Source: Methanobacteriota archaeon (GTDB lineage Archaea; Thermoplasmatota; Poseidoniia; Poseidoniales; Poseidoniaceae). Taken from it: a DNA stretch of 64,000 nucleotides. The stretch is from the NCBI GenBank assembly GCA_002722135.1, contig PBKJ01000027.1:75833-139832 (forward strand), given 5' to 3'. The notes under the pieces were generated by a model. It did not search any database, was not told where the DNA came from, and saw nothing but the letters and a program-made list of their open reading frames with translations. Position 1 is the first letter of the stretch. Each line of letters opens with the position of its first letter. Made by a program: the position numbers and the translations under genes. Shown here one piece after another: positions 29,076 through 39,111 of this stretch.

Positions 29076-29735
29076 ATGGAGTTCTTTCTGGACACGGCCG
29101 ACGTTGACGAGATTCGAGAGATTGCCGCGTGGGGCATCCTTGACGGTGTGACCACCAACCCCTCGCTCATCAAGAAGAGCGGTCGGGACTTCCGAGAAGT
29201 CGTCCGCGAAATCGCGGGCATTTGCTCTGGGCCGATTTCAGCGGAAGTCACAGCGATGGACACCGCCGGAATGGTCGAGCAGGGCAGGGCGCTGAAGGCG
29301 GAACTCCCCGAGAACGTCATCATCAAAATTCCCTGCACGCCGGAAGGTCTGGCAGCGACCAAGATCCTGACCGAGGACGGCATCAAGACCAACGTGACGC
29401 TCATCTTCTCGGCATCACAAGCGTTGATGGCCGCAAAGGCAGGCGCGACCTACGTGTCGCCATTCATCGGTCGAATCGATGACACGGGCCATGACGGAAT
29501 GGAACTCATCGCTGAGATCATGAACACCTGGGCGAACTACGACCTGGACACAAAGGTCCTGGCTGCCTCTGTACGCCACCCAACGCACGTGCTCCAATGC
29601 ATCCAACTGGGCGCACACACGGCCACCATGCCGGCCAAGACCTTCCGCCAACTGATGAGCCACCCTCTCACGGACCGTGGTTTGGAAGGCTTCATGCGCG
29701 ACTGGGCTGAAGTTGAAGCCAAAGGCAACGCGTGA
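29076..29735 (+). CDS. Transaldolase / fructose-6-phosphate aldolase (Fsa/TalB-archaeal type)
   Basis: [15 protein letters not shown]...GVTTNPSL...IKIP (Schiff-base Lys) signature. Confidence 0.8.
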   Translation: MEFFLDTADVDEIREIAAWGILDGVTTNPSLIKKSGRDFREVVREIAGICSGPISAEVTAMDTAGMVEQGRALKAELPENVIIKIPCTPEGLAATKILTEDGIKTNVTLIFSASQALMAAKAGATYVSPFIGRIDDTGHDGMELIAEIMNTWANYDLDTKVLAASVRHPTHVLQCIQLGAHTATMPAKTFRQLMSHPLTDRGLEGFMRDWAEVEAKGNA

Positions 29736-30358
29736 TTGAACGTGGGAGCCTTCATCAAGGAGGCATTCGACGCCGGACCGGTGACCGCATGACCCTGCCG
29801 GACGACCAACTCCGCCGTCTGCTCGACGGCGAGATTGACGCCGGTGAGTTGGCGGGCGACCGCGTGATGGCCAGCATCGCCGACCGCGTGTTCGGCGTCA
29901 AGGTCGACCCTGCCGTCCGGCCCGTCAAGCCTCGTGACGCGGCCGCCATGGGACAAGAATCCGGAGCACCAGCGGCCGCCCAACCCGAGATGTTGGTCGA
30001 GATCATTCCCGGTGGCGGCCCACCCCTGCCCGCCTTGGATGCACCTCCTGCAGCCGTCATCCCACCGTTGGAAACGCCCGTCGCGGTCAAGCGCCGTCGA
30101 AAGGGGCTGATCCTCATCGGAATGCTCGGAGTGGCTGCGGCCCTTGTGAACGTCTTCCTCGGACTCGGCGAATTCATGCCGACCTGCGACCCATCGGTCC
30201 ACGTCACGTGTGGGCAATCGCTCAAACTCAACTGGCTCGACGCCTACCGTACCGCTGAACACGTCGCATGGGGACCCGTTGGTGTCTGGGGCATTCCTGA
30301 CATGGTGGCGACCGGAGCGAGTGCGTTGCTCATGCTCTTCGGATTCCGGAAGCGATGA
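29732..30358 (+). CDS. Hypothetical membrane protein (2 TM), Pro-rich linker
   Basis: ORF with GTG start overlapping the fsa stop; no recognised family. An alternative ATG at ~29789 is possible. Confidence 0.3.
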   Translation: MIERGSLHQGGIRRRTGDRMTLPDDQLRRLLDGEIDAGELAGDRVMASIADRVFGVKVDPAVRPVKPRDAAAMGQESGAPAAAQPEMLVEIIPGGGPPLPALDAPPAAVIPPLETPVAVKRRRKGLILIGMLGVAAALVNVFLGLGEFMPTCDPSVHVTCGQSLKLNWLDAYRTAEHVAWGPVGVWGIPDMVATGASALLMLFGFRKR

Positions 30359-30397
30359 AGCCGTCATCTTGATGGCTGCCACCGCTGGCCATGCACC

Positions 30398-31915
30398 ATG
30401 GGCAAGAAGGTCGCCAAGGCCAACCGAGGGATTCCTTCCAAGGCTGAGGCCTTCACGGAATGGTACCCCTTCATCGTCGAAGCGGCTGAGTTGGTCGACA
30501 AGCGCTACCCGATCAAGGGCATGGACGTTTGGCGCCCGTACGGTTGGAAGACCATGCGTCTCATCGACCAGCTGACCCACACAGAGATGGAGCGCACGGA
30601 CCACGACGAGGTGAACTTCCCGCTCTTGATTCCAGAAGTCCTGCTCGAAAAGGAAAACGCGCTCGTTGCGCGCCTGAAGCGTGCTCGCGAAGAAGGCGTT
30701 GACCCCGATGAACTGCGGGATGAGGAAGAGGAAGCCGGATTCAAGAAAGAGGTCTACTGGGTCAAGCATGCCGGAGAAAACGAGCTCGACGTGCCCATGT
30801 TCCTGCGCCCGACCTCTGAAACGGCCATGTACACCATGTTCCCGCTGTGGATTCGCTCCCATGCAGACCTGCCGTTGAAGGTCTACCAGATGGTCAACAC
30901 CTTCCGTTACGAGACCAAGCAAACGCGTTCGTTCATTCGCGTTCGCGAGATTCACTTCTTCGAAGCCCACACGGCCCACATTGACGAGGACGACGCTTCA
31001 CGGCAAATTGAGCAGGATTTGGAAATCGTCGATCGGCTCATGCACCAGCTTTGCCTGCCAGTTCTCAAGGCAAAGCGACCGGTGTGGGACACCTTCCCTG
31101 GCGCGTGGTACACCATCGGCATCGACGCCATCATGCCCAACGGTCGCACGCTTCAGGTGGCCTCGTGCCACCATTACCGTGACCAGTGGGCCAAAGCATT
31201 CGACATCACGTACGAGACGAAAGACGCCACGCAAGCCCACGTGCATCAGACCACCTATGGGATGTCTGAGCGCTTGCTGGGTGCCGTGGTCGGTATGCAC
31301 GGCGACGATTCCGGGCTGATCATGCCACCGGCTATCGCACCGATTCAGGTCGTGATCTGTCCCTTGGTGCGCAAGAACGCCACCGTGGACACGGTGGCGG
31401 TGGCTCACGATGTGGCCGACCGCCTGCGTAACGCTGGACTCCGCGTCAAAGTGGACGACCGGGATTTGCACCCGGGTCAGAAGTACTACGACTGGGAGAT
31501 CAAGGGCGTCCCGCTCCGGCTTGAAGTTGGCCCACGAGACGTAGAACAGGGCAGCGTCTTCGCTGCACGTCGCACGGGCGGCAAAGCACCGATCTCAATG
31601 GACGAACTCGAAAGCGGCGTTCGCACCACCCTCAACGAGATCGCAGAAGAACTGCGAACGCGAGCTTACGCCCACGTGGACGACGTCGTGAAGCCCCTCC
31701 CTGCGTGGGGCGAGGACGGCCTCGAATCTCCGGTTGAGGAAGGCCGAATCTACGAGTTGGCCTTCAACGGGAGCGATGCGGATGCTGAACGGCTTGAACG
31801 TGCCACGGGCATGGGCTTCCTCGGCGACGCCACCGAGCCCTACGCCGAACCGCGTCCATGCCATGCCACGGGTGAACCTACCACGCGCCGCGTCCTGATG
31901 TCAAGGTCCTACTGA
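30398..31915 (+). CDS. proS: Prolyl-tRNA synthetase (archaeal/eukaryotic type)
   Basis: Class II motifs and an archaeal-type C-terminal domain ending in ...SY; 505 aa. Confidence 0.85.
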   Translation: MGKKVAKANRGIPSKAEAFTEWYPFIVEAAELVDKRYPIKGMDVWRPYGWKTMRLIDQLTHTEMERTDHDEVNFPLLIPEVLLEKENALVARLKRAREEGVDPDELRDEEEEAGFKKEVYWVKHAGENELDVPMFLRPTSETAMYTMFPLWIRSHADLPLKVYQMVNTFRYETKQTRSFIRVREIHFFEAHTAHIDEDDASRQIEQDLEIVDRLMHQLCLPVLKAKRPVWDTFPGAWYTIGIDAIMPNGRTLQVASCHHYRDQWAKAFDITYETKDATQAHVHQTTYGMSERLLGAVVGMHGDDSGLIMPPAIAPIQVVICPLVRKNATVDTVAVAHDVADRLRNAGLRVKVDDRDLHPGQKYYDWEIKGVPLRLEVGPRDVEQGSVFAARRTGGKAPISMDELESGVRTTLNEIAEELRTRAYAHVDDVVKPLPAWGEDGLESPVEEGRIYELAFNGSDADAERLERATGMGFLGDATEPYAEPRPCHATGEPTTRRVLMSRSY

Positions 31916-31943
31916 ACCAGCTTGATGTTCGGCTAAGGCTTAC

Positions 31944-32606
31944 ATGTGGCGTTCATGCCACCACTTCATGCGAGCCTTGCAAGCCGCTGGTCTCATCTTC
32001 GTGCTCGTCGCGGGACTTTTCCTCGGCATCACCGAACCTTGGGTGGAGGAAGCAGACCCTGCTCAAATCCAATCCACTCAGGACGTGCCAGACGAAGAGA
32101 CATCAGACCCGGAGATGTCAGACGGAGGGGTTGCGGACCCTCAAGTCGATTCAGAATCCAACGAGACCACAACCAATGAACCGGACACAGACTCAACCAC
32201 ACCGCGTTCTGAGCAATGCTTGGACAGCCATAACTCGCTTGCCATGCACATCCATCCCAGACTGGAGTTGGTGGTCAACAACCAGAGCGTTACGGTGCCC
32301 GGGGACCTCGGCATTGACACAACGGCGTGCGACCAAGCGATGCACCTCTTGCACACCCACGATGCCAGTGGCAAACTGCACATCGAAGGATACGAGTCCT
32401 TTACACCAACCGCAGATCTCATCTTCGAGATTTGGAACATCAGTTATCCGAACGATGAATCACTGCGACCGCTCTTTGATGACGCAGGCAACGTGACCGT
32501 CACGGTCAACGGGGCAGCCACCAATGCTGCATGGCATGAGATTGTGCTCAAGGACGGCGAAACACTCCGCGTCGTGCACAACACCGATTCAAACACCGAA
32601 GCGTGA
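31944..32606 (+). CDS. Hypothetical secreted/anchored acidic protein with His-rich C-terminal domain
   Basis: N-terminal hydrophobic segment, acidic Thr/Glu/Asp linker, C-terminal HIHPRLE...HLLHTHDASGKLHIEGYE region; no family recognised. Confidence 0.35.
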   Translation: MWRSCHHFMRALQAAGLIFVLVAGLFLGITEPWVEEADPAQIQSTQDVPDEETSDPEMSDGGVADPQVDSESNETTTNEPDTDSTTPRSEQCLDSHNSLAMHIHPRLELVVNNQSVTVPGDLGIDTTACDQAMHLLHTHDASGKLHIEGYESFTPTADLIFEIWNISYPNDESLRPLFDDAGNVTVTVNGAATNAAWHEIVLKDGETLRVVHNTDSNTEA

Positions 32607-32666
32607 GGCACTCGGCCTTGGCTCAGTCGGGGCAAGACCTTTCACGCGCCAGACGCTCCTTGTCAC

Positions 32667-35573
32667 GTGCAGCGTGTCTTGTTTGTGCTGGTGCTGCTCA
32701 TGGCGGCACCATGGGGGCCAAGCGTGGCGGCCGTTGAAGCACGTTCCATCACGGTTGAACTCGACATCGAGCGCCATGGCTGGTGGTCCAACGAAAGTGT
32801 GGACGCAGACTTGACCGTGACCAACGCACCCGCGGGCGACGATCTGCAGTTGACCTTGACCATGTTTGACACCAATGGCGTGGTGTTGGAAGAAGCACAA
32901 CCGCTTCCCGTTACCGCCAGTCGTCTGAACGTGCCGCTGGAGATGTCGTCCTTCTACCGAGGCGATACCTTCCACCGACTCTTGGTTCACATCCATGATT
33001 CAAGCGGTCAACTTCTGGGCCAAGCCGAGGTTGAATTCGTGATGTTTCAACACGTCCAACACCCTAACGTCGGACAACTTCTGGTGTTTGGGGATTCCTT
33101 GTCAGACATGGGCAACGCTAAGGCATCGTTCCTCAACACACCCGACGTTCCCCCGTATTGGCAAGGACGCTTCTCGAATGGAGAAGTCTGGCTCGGTGGC
33201 GTGTACGAAGCGTATGGGTTGAGCAGCAGCATCGGTTCAGGCTGGTCGAGCACAGGAGACAACCGGGCTTTCGGAGGCGCTCAAACTGGGTCCGGCTACG
33301 CCTACCTCGTCATTCCAAATGTCGGAACGCAGATCTCGAACTACCTGGCCAACGTTCAATCCACCATCCCAAGCAATGCTGTGGTGAGTCTCTGGGCTGG
33401 AGGGAACGATTTCCTCTACGGCACAGCCAACCCAGACACCATCGTTAGCAACATGGAAGCCCACCTGCGCCAATTGGCTGGAGCGGGAGCTTCCACCTTC
33501 ATCGTACCAAACCTACCACCGCTCGAAGACACACCTGAGATCCGCAGCAAAAGCGCGTCTGAACGGCAGACGGTGCGTGACGACGTCATCGATTACAACA
33601 CAAAATTGGCGACCCTCGTCGCAGATCTTCGTGCGGAACTCGGCATCACCGTCCATACCATCGATGCATGGACCATCTTTGGTGGAATCACGTCTTCACC
33701 CCAAGCCTTGGGACTGACCAACGTTCAGGACGCTGCGTGCACGGGAGGCAGCACTTTGCTTCCATTGCCCATCTGCAACAGTGGAAGTTCCATCGTCAGC
33801 AACGTCGACGAGTACGTGTTTTTTGACAAAGCGCATCCAACCCGAGTGATGCACGATTACATCGCTCAGTTTGCTCTTGAGGCCATCGGTACCCCAGATA
33901 CGGATGCGGACGGCATCGTGGACGACAGCGATGCTTGCCCATGGACACCTGAGGGTGAGTCGCCGGACGCGACAGGCTGTGCGTGGTCCCAACGAGATGA
34001 GGACCAGGACGGCGTCGCCAACGGTGAGGACCTCTGTGCAAGCACCATGGACGGGGTCGAGGTTGACGAACAGGGATGTTCTGCCGCACAGCGTGATTCC
34101 GATGACGACGGCTTGTCGGACCTGGTCGATCCGTGCCCCTTCAGCCCGAACCTCATCGATCACGACCTCGACGGTTGCGCGGATGACGAAGACACAGACG
34201 ACGACAACGACGGTCATCAGGATGCTGCGGACGCTTGTCCACGTGGCGCACTGGGGCCCCATGAGAGGGATCTCGATGCAGACGGTTGCGCCGATGCGGA
34301 GGACACGGATGAGGATGGAGACGGCTTGAGCAACGTCGATGAGGACGCCATTGGCAGCAGCAACCGCGACCAAGACAGCGACGATGACGGGTGGCTGGAC
34401 GGTGAGGATGCATTCCCCATCGACCCAACAGAATGGAGCGACACGGACCGTGACGGGTGCGGCGACAACGCTGACGAATACCCCCTGAACCCGAACGAGT
34501 GCGCCGACTCCGATGACGACGGTGTGGCCGACAACGAAGACGTGTTCCCAGATGACCCTGATGAATGGACGGACCTCGACAGCGACGGTGTCGGGGACAA
34601 CGGTGACGATTGCCCGCTTCAACCTGGCAATTCGACTGGCCCCCCGGGATGTCCCGACCGAGACGGCGACGGTTCACCGGACAAGCGCGACGCCTTCCCT
34701 GACGATGGAGGGGAATGGGCGGATTCCGATGGCGACGGATACGGTGACAACCGAGATGCGCTCCCCAACAACCCCAACGAGTGGAACGACACCGACGCCG
34801 ACGGCTTTGGCGACTTCAGCGATGCGTTTCCAATGAATCCGGATGAATGGAACGACACCGACGGCGACGGTCATGGTGACAACCGAGATGCGCTGCCCGA
34901 CGATCCGAACGAATGGAACGACAGCGACGCCGACGGATGCGGGGACAACACGGACGTGTTCCCCAACGACCCTGAGGAATGCTTGGACAGCGACGGAGAC
35001 GGTCTTGGGGATGCCGCGGACGTCTTCCCTTACGATCCAAAGGAGACCAAAGACACCGATGGTGATGGTGTAGGGGACAACGCCGATGCCTTCCCGAACA
35101 ACCCGCGTGCCCGGTACGATGCCGACGGTGACGGTGTGGCCGACGTCAACGATGCGTTTCCACGGAGTGGGCTCTTCACGACGTGGAACCAAGCCGGCTT
35201 TTCCCTTGGTCTTCTGATGCTCGTGGTCGTCACCCTCGCCATGGTCCGTCGAAGGGGTACATCAAGCGAGCCGATGAGCAAGGACGACATGCTCAGCTCG
35301 ATGCAGTTCGCCGCACCAACCCCCCACGAACCTGAGATTTTGGCTCCACCCTTGCCGACAATCCTTGATGAGGCGCAGAACGATTGGCCGACCCATCCTT
35401 CTGATGTGCCACAACACGTGATGCCGCAAGCAGTGGTCACGCCTACCGTGCACGCAACGTTGCCATCCGAAGTTGAACCTCCAAGTGTTGTCGCGGAGCC
35501 TGCGCCGTCGATGGACGACCCTTGGTCAGAGGTTCACTCCGGATGGGGGGATGAGGTCGAAGGTCAAGGCTGA
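32667..35573 (+). CDS. Large secreted SGNH/GDSL hydrolase (lipase/esterase-like) fused to ~10 thrombospondin-type-3-like Ca-binding repeats, TM anchor and Pro-rich cytoplasmic tail
   Basis: Signal peptide MQRVLFVLVLLMAAPWGPSVAAVEA, GDSLSDMGNA catalytic Ser block, GGNDF and DxxH blocks, repeats D(T/S)DxDGxGDNxDxFPxDPxEW, TM helix GFSLGLLMLVVVTLAMV followed by RRRG and a ~105-aa tail; GTG start. Confidence 0.6.
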   Translation: MQRVLFVLVLLMAAPWGPSVAAVEARSITVELDIERHGWWSNESVDADLTVTNAPAGDDLQLTLTMFDTNGVVLEEAQPLPVTASRLNVPLEMSSFYRGDTFHRLLVHIHDSSGQLLGQAEVEFVMFQHVQHPNVGQLLVFGDSLSDMGNAKASFLNTPDVPPYWQGRFSNGEVWLGGVYEAYGLSSSIGSGWSSTGDNRAFGGAQTGSGYAYLVIPNVGTQISNYLANVQSTIPSNAVVSLWAGGNDFLYGTANPDTIVSNMEAHLRQLAGAGASTFIVPNLPPLEDTPEIRSKSASERQTVRDDVIDYNTKLATLVADLRAELGITVHTIDAWTIFGGITSSPQALGLTNVQDAACTGGSTLLPLPICNSGSSIVSNVDEYVFFDKAHPTRVMHDYIAQFALEAIGTPDTDADGIVDDSDACPWTPEGESPDATGCAWSQRDEDQDGVANGEDLCASTMDGVEVDEQGCSAAQRDSDDDGLSDLVDPCPFSPNLIDHDLDGCADDEDTDDDNDGHQDAADACPRGALGPHERDLDADGCADAEDTDEDGDGLSNVDEDAIGSSNRDQDSDDDGWLDGEDAFPIDPTEWSDTDRDGCGDNADEYPLNPNECADSDDDGVADNEDVFPDDPDEWTDLDSDGVGDNGDDCPLQPGNSTGPPGCPDRDGDGSPDKRDAFPDDGGEWADSDGDGYGDNRDALPNNPNEWNDTDADGFGDFSDAFPMNPDEWNDTDGDGHGDNRDALPDDPNEWNDSDADGCGDNTDVFPNDPEECLDSDGDGLGDAADVFPYDPKETKDTDGDGVGDNADAFPNNPRARYDADGDGVADVNDAFPRSGLFTTWNQAGFSLGLLMLVVVTLAMVRRRGTSSEPMSKDDMLSSMQFAAPTPHEPEILAPPLPTILDEAQNDWPTHPSDVPQHVMPQAVVTPTVHATLPSEVEPPSVVAEPAPSMDDPWSEVHSGWGDEVEGQG
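33870..35160 (+). repeat. Array of ~69-nt degenerate tandem repeats encoding the TSP3-like DxDxDG repeats
   Basis: Recurrent gacggcgacgg(t/a)...gacaac...ttccc...gatga(a/g)tgg units; the protein-level period is 23 aa. Confidence 0.55.
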
Positions 35574-35575
35574 GA

Positions 35576-36946
35576 TCAGAAGGGGAGCGAATCCCCGTTG
35601 AGGTCCATCTCGCCCTCCTTCATCATCTTCCGCATCTGCTTGTTGAGGCGACGGTTTCCTCCCATCCCCTTCATCATCTTCCGCGAACGGTTCCATTGCC
35701 CAATGAGTTCACGCACGTCCTTTTCCTTCACGCCGGAGCCCTTGGCGATACGACGAACGCGCTCGACTTTGATTTTGGCAGGCTCGTTCTTCTCCCACGT
35801 GGTCATGCTGTCCATGATGACGCGATAGCGGTCGAGGTTGGCTTGCATGGCTTCCTTTTGGGATTTGGAGGCTTGCGCCATTCCACCGAGCATACCTCCG
35901 GGAAGGAAGGACATCAGTTTGTCAATCGTGCCCACCTTGGACATCATTTCCATTTGCTTGTACATGTCGTTGAGGGTAAAACGACCGGACATCAGGCGCT
36001 GCGTCAAGCGCAAGGCTTCCTCCTCATCGAGGTCCTCAGGAGCCAGATCAATCAGGCCCTGGATGTCACCCATGCCGAGCAATCGCGAGATGAAGCGGTC
36101 GGACTCGAAGCGCTCGAGGTCCTTGACCTGCTCACCCACACCGATGTGGACGATGGGAGCGCCTGTGGCAGCAACGGCCGACAGGGCGCCACCACCACGT
36201 GCAGTACCGTCGAGTTTCGTGATGACGATGCCCGTCACGCCGGCCAAGTCGTGGAAGGAAGCAGCGACCGGCCCTGCTGCCTGTCCAACCTGCGCGTCGA
36301 TGACCAACCAGCGCTCTTCGGCTTGGGCCAAGGCCGCGATTTGGTCAAGTTCCACCACCAGTTCCTCGTCGAGTTCATGCCGTCCTGCGGTGTCGATGAT
36401 GACGAAATCAGCCGATGCCGTGGCTTCAAGCCCGTTCCTGACGATGGTCGCTGCGTCTTTGGTCTCGGGTTCACCATAGACCTGAACGGACGTTCCTTCG
36501 AGCAGTTGACTCAGTTGTGCATAGGCTCCAGGCCGGTGAACGTCGGCCTCGATGACCGCCACGCGCACGCCATGCTTCTTGCGGTACCACTCGGCCAACT
36601 TCGCCGTCGTGGTCGTCTTTCCTTGACCGTAAAGACCGACGAGCAGCAGGGTGTTGCCGTGAGGTCGGAATTCTGCAGACGGGCCAAGCAAGCGAACCAA
36701 TTCGGTGTACAGGATGTTCATCGCGTGGGTCTGGAGGGTGATCCCGGGCCGGGGCTCCTCCTCGCGCATCCTTGACTCGAGGCGTTCGACAATTTCCTTC
36801 GTCTGTCGGACGTTGAAATCCGCTTCCTGCAAAGCCCTGCGCAGGCTCTTCGTCATGTCACGGAGTTCTTCCTCGTCAAGGCGACGCTTGGACTTGAGAA
36901 AGCCGAGGGACCGGAAAATCCCCTTGGAGAGGCCTTCCAGCGCCAT
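35576..36946 (-). CDS. srp54: Signal recognition particle protein SRP54
   Basis: N-domain, G-domain GLYGQGKTTT / DTAGR / TKLD motifs and a Met-rich C-terminal M-domain. Confidence 0.85.
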   Translation of the reverse strand: MALEGLSKGIFRSLGFLKSKRRLDEEELRDMTKSLRRALQEADFNVRQTKEIVERLESRMREEEPRPGITLQTHAMNILYTELVRLLGPSAEFRPHGNTLLLVGLYGQGKTTTTAKLAEWYRKKHGVRVAVIEADVHRPGAYAQLSQLLEGTSVQVYGEPETKDAATIVRNGLEATASADFVIIDTAGRHELDEELVVELDQIAALAQAEERWLVIDAQVGQAAGPVAASFHDLAGVTGIVITKLDGTARGGGALSAVAATGAPIVHIGVGEQVKDLERFESDRFISRLLGMGDIQGLIDLAPEDLDEEEALRLTQRLMSGRFTLNDMYKQMEMMSKVGTIDKLMSFLPGGMLGGMAQASKSQKEAMQANLDRYRVIMDSMTTWEKNEPAKIKVERVRRIAKGSGVKEKDVRELIGQWNRSRKMMKGMGGNRRLNKQMRKMMKEGEMDLNGDSLPF

Positions 36947-36986
36947 GTCTACGCCTCACAGGGGGTGGGTTTCAACCTGTTGACGG

Positions 36987-38231
36987 TCAGGAAATCGGGA
37001 CTGTGAGGTGCAGCACCTCGCCACGGAACCGAGCGACCACCGTGCTGGCTTTGACCGCGCTGGTCGTTGGCACATGCCGCTCATGACCGTTCACGCCGAC
37101 AAGCAGCCGTCCTTCCTCACTGCGGAGGCTGAGGTCTTCTCGGGCGAGGCCGGGAAGGTGAAGTTGGATGGTTTCCTCGTCATCGGCTTGGTCCACCACA
37201 AGCGAGCGGTGTAGTTCGTGGTAGAGTGGATCGCCCATTGGATGCGGACCGATGCCCTCGGGCATGGCCTGAAGGTCGCCGTAAAGGACCTGCGCGAGGT
37301 TACGGAGCCCATCCAGACCGTGAACTTCCGTGTCCATCAACGGCACACAGACCGGCGTAAAATCGCCGAGGGCCTCCTCAAGTTCGCGGATCCTGCCCTG
37401 CTCCTCTGAGCGACGACGTGCCAAGAAGGGGTGATCGAATTCAGGCGTCACGCGGTTCACCACGCAGCCCGTGACCGGCAACCCGTGGTGCTGAAGGGCT
37501 TCGTTGGCCCGGACGGTTTCGTTCACGCCCATGCGTTCTGGAATGGTCACCAAGGTGAACCGTGTCGTGGACGGGTCCGAGAGGATCCTACGAATGTGCA
37601 ACACGCGACGTCGAAAGCGCTCCAGCTCGTCCTTCATCGCATCGCTTTCCTTTCGCCCGAAGAGCATCGAGCGGATGCCACCCGAAGCGCGCATCAAGCG
37701 AAGAAGCCGGTCCGACCACGCATCGATGAGTTCGGGTAGGGCCAAGAAACGCAGGGTGTGACCCGTCGGAGCCGTGTCGAACACGACCACGTCCCAACGA
37801 AGATCCTCGATGTGCTTCAGCAGCTCATCGAACGCCAGCGCTTCGTCAAGACCGGGCAAGAGGAGGTCAGACGCCTCGACCTCGCTGCCAACATCGGCCG
37901 CAGCTCCACCGAGGTCGCCGCCGGCCATGCCCGCCAAGCCAGCGAATGGACCGCCGTTTCCGAGGCCCTGCATCGCCTCGCTCAATTTTGGCATGGCCTG
38001 GGCCACGCGGGCCTCCGGGTCCATCTCCAAACCGAAGAGGCCCGGAACGCCTTCGACGGGCGTTGGTTCCGGTCCAAGCTCAAGGCCCAACGAGTCCGAT
38101 GTGGAGTGGGCCGGATCGCTGGACACCAACAACACCCGGAGCCCCGCGTCGGCAAGGCGGATGGCGCTCGCTGCCGAGCAGGTGGTCTTTCCGACCCCAC
38201 CTTTTCCACCAAACAACAGCAGTCGGGCCAT
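36987..38231 (-). CDS. ArsA/Get3-family ATPase (tail-anchored protein insertion / anion-transporting ATPase homolog)
   Basis: GGKGGVGKTT P-loop and DTAPTGHTLR signature. Confidence 0.75.
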   Translation of the reverse strand: MARLLLFGGKGGVGKTTCSAASAIRLADAGLRVLLVSSDPAHSTSDSLGLELGPEPTPVEGVPGLFGLEMDPEARVAQAMPKLSEAMQGLGNGGPFAGLAGMAGGDLGGAAADVGSEVEASDLLLPGLDEALAFDELLKHIEDLRWDVVVFDTAPTGHTLRFLALPELIDAWSDRLLRLMRASGGIRSMLFGRKESDAMKDELERFRRRVLHIRRILSDPSTTRFTLVTIPERMGVNETVRANEALQHHGLPVTGCVVNRVTPEFDHPFLARRRSEEQGRIRELEEALGDFTPVCVPLMDTEVHGLDGLRNLAQVLYGDLQAMPEGIGPHPMGDPLYHELHRSLVVDQADDEETIQLHLPGLAREDLSLRSEEGRLLVGVNGHERHVPTTSAVKASTVVARFRGEVLHLTVPIS

Positions 38232-38307
38232 GGTTCGGCTGAGGAACGGGGTCGTTTGAACTTCTCGACGTGGGATGCTTCATCAACGTGAGGGCCTGCC
38301 TTGAACC

Positions 38308-39066
38308 ATGCAAGAGGCCGTGGTCTTCCAGATCGCGGCCCTGCTCGCCCTGCTCGGCATGGGATTGGCATGGCGCGGCGTGATGACGCAGTACGCGGGC
38401 TTCTACGACCTGAGCCTCGCATGGAGCCACGTCTTGTGGGGTTTCGTCCTCGGCGCCGTGGTGGCCGCGCTTGAATTCCAAACGCTGTTCATCCCCTACT
38501 ACGACGTCGTGGTCGGTGGTGCACCGGCTTCTCAAGGTCCAAACCTCCTCGTCTTGCTGTGGTTTGTCTCGATGCACTCAGCCGCTGCACACCTCATCCT
38601 ACGACGGGCGAAGGTCCGCGAGGCGAGCGCCCAAACGACGTCCGGCTGGGCCCTCGGTGCAGCGATGGGCGGCATGCAAGGCTTGTTCCTAAGCGCACAA
38701 CTGCTCAACGCCGAGGGGACCTTCGACGGTGCGCATCGGTGGCTTGGAGCCGCTGCCTTCGGGCTGTTGTTTCCGCGTCTTGAGGGCACCTTGACCGCCT
38801 GGCAAGGTCATTTGATGCTGCAAGGACGACGTGTGGGTGCTGTTGTTCGCGCCGCAGTGTGGCGCATGGTGCTCCTCAGCCTCGCCTACTATGCCTTCTT
38901 CCAGCCTCTGATTTGGTTGGCGGCAGCCGTGCTCTTGTTGTCCATGGAACCCCGCGTGAGCGCTTGGGTTTGGGACGGCCTCAGCCCGCAAGCAAAGCGC
39001 GCCCTGCGGCGGGTTCGAGCAGAGCGTGCACGCGAACAGCGCACACGGGAACGAGAGGAGGAGTAA
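38308..39066 (+). CDS. Hypothetical polytopic membrane protein with basic Arg/Glu-rich C-terminus
   Basis: 6-7 predicted TM helices; weak resemblance to intramembrane protease families (E..F, H...H motifs), not convincing. Confidence 0.3.
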   Translation: MQEAVVFQIAALLALLGMGLAWRGVMTQYAGFYDLSLAWSHVLWGFVLGAVVAALEFQTLFIPYYDVVVGGAPASQGPNLLVLLWFVSMHSAAAHLILRRAKVREASAQTTSGWALGAAMGGMQGLFLSAQLLNAEGTFDGAHRWLGAAAFGLLFPRLEGTLTAWQGHLMLQGRRVGAVVRAAVWRMVLLSLAYYAFFQPLIWLAAAVLLLSMEPRVSAWVWDGLSPQAKRALRRVRAERAREQRTREREEE

Positions 39067-39111
39067 ATCCTCCAAGGAAGCGTTAAACGGCGTCGGTCGG
39101 CAGAAGGATGT

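Noticed and set aside
35160-35250. AGF + TM + RRRG in the GDSL protein as a PGF-CTERM archaeosortase-A signal
   Set aside because: The motif is AGF not PGF, and it is followed by ~105 further residues. Canonical PGF-CTERM signals occupy the extreme C-terminus.
38232-38307. 76-nt intergenic segment with 7-bp terminal complementarity (GGTTCGG / TTGAACC), tRNA-sized
   Set aside because: It has no D-arm pairing, no GTTC(G/A)A T-loop and no anticodon-stem pairing. It is more likely a divergent promoter region between get3 and the membrane-protein gene.
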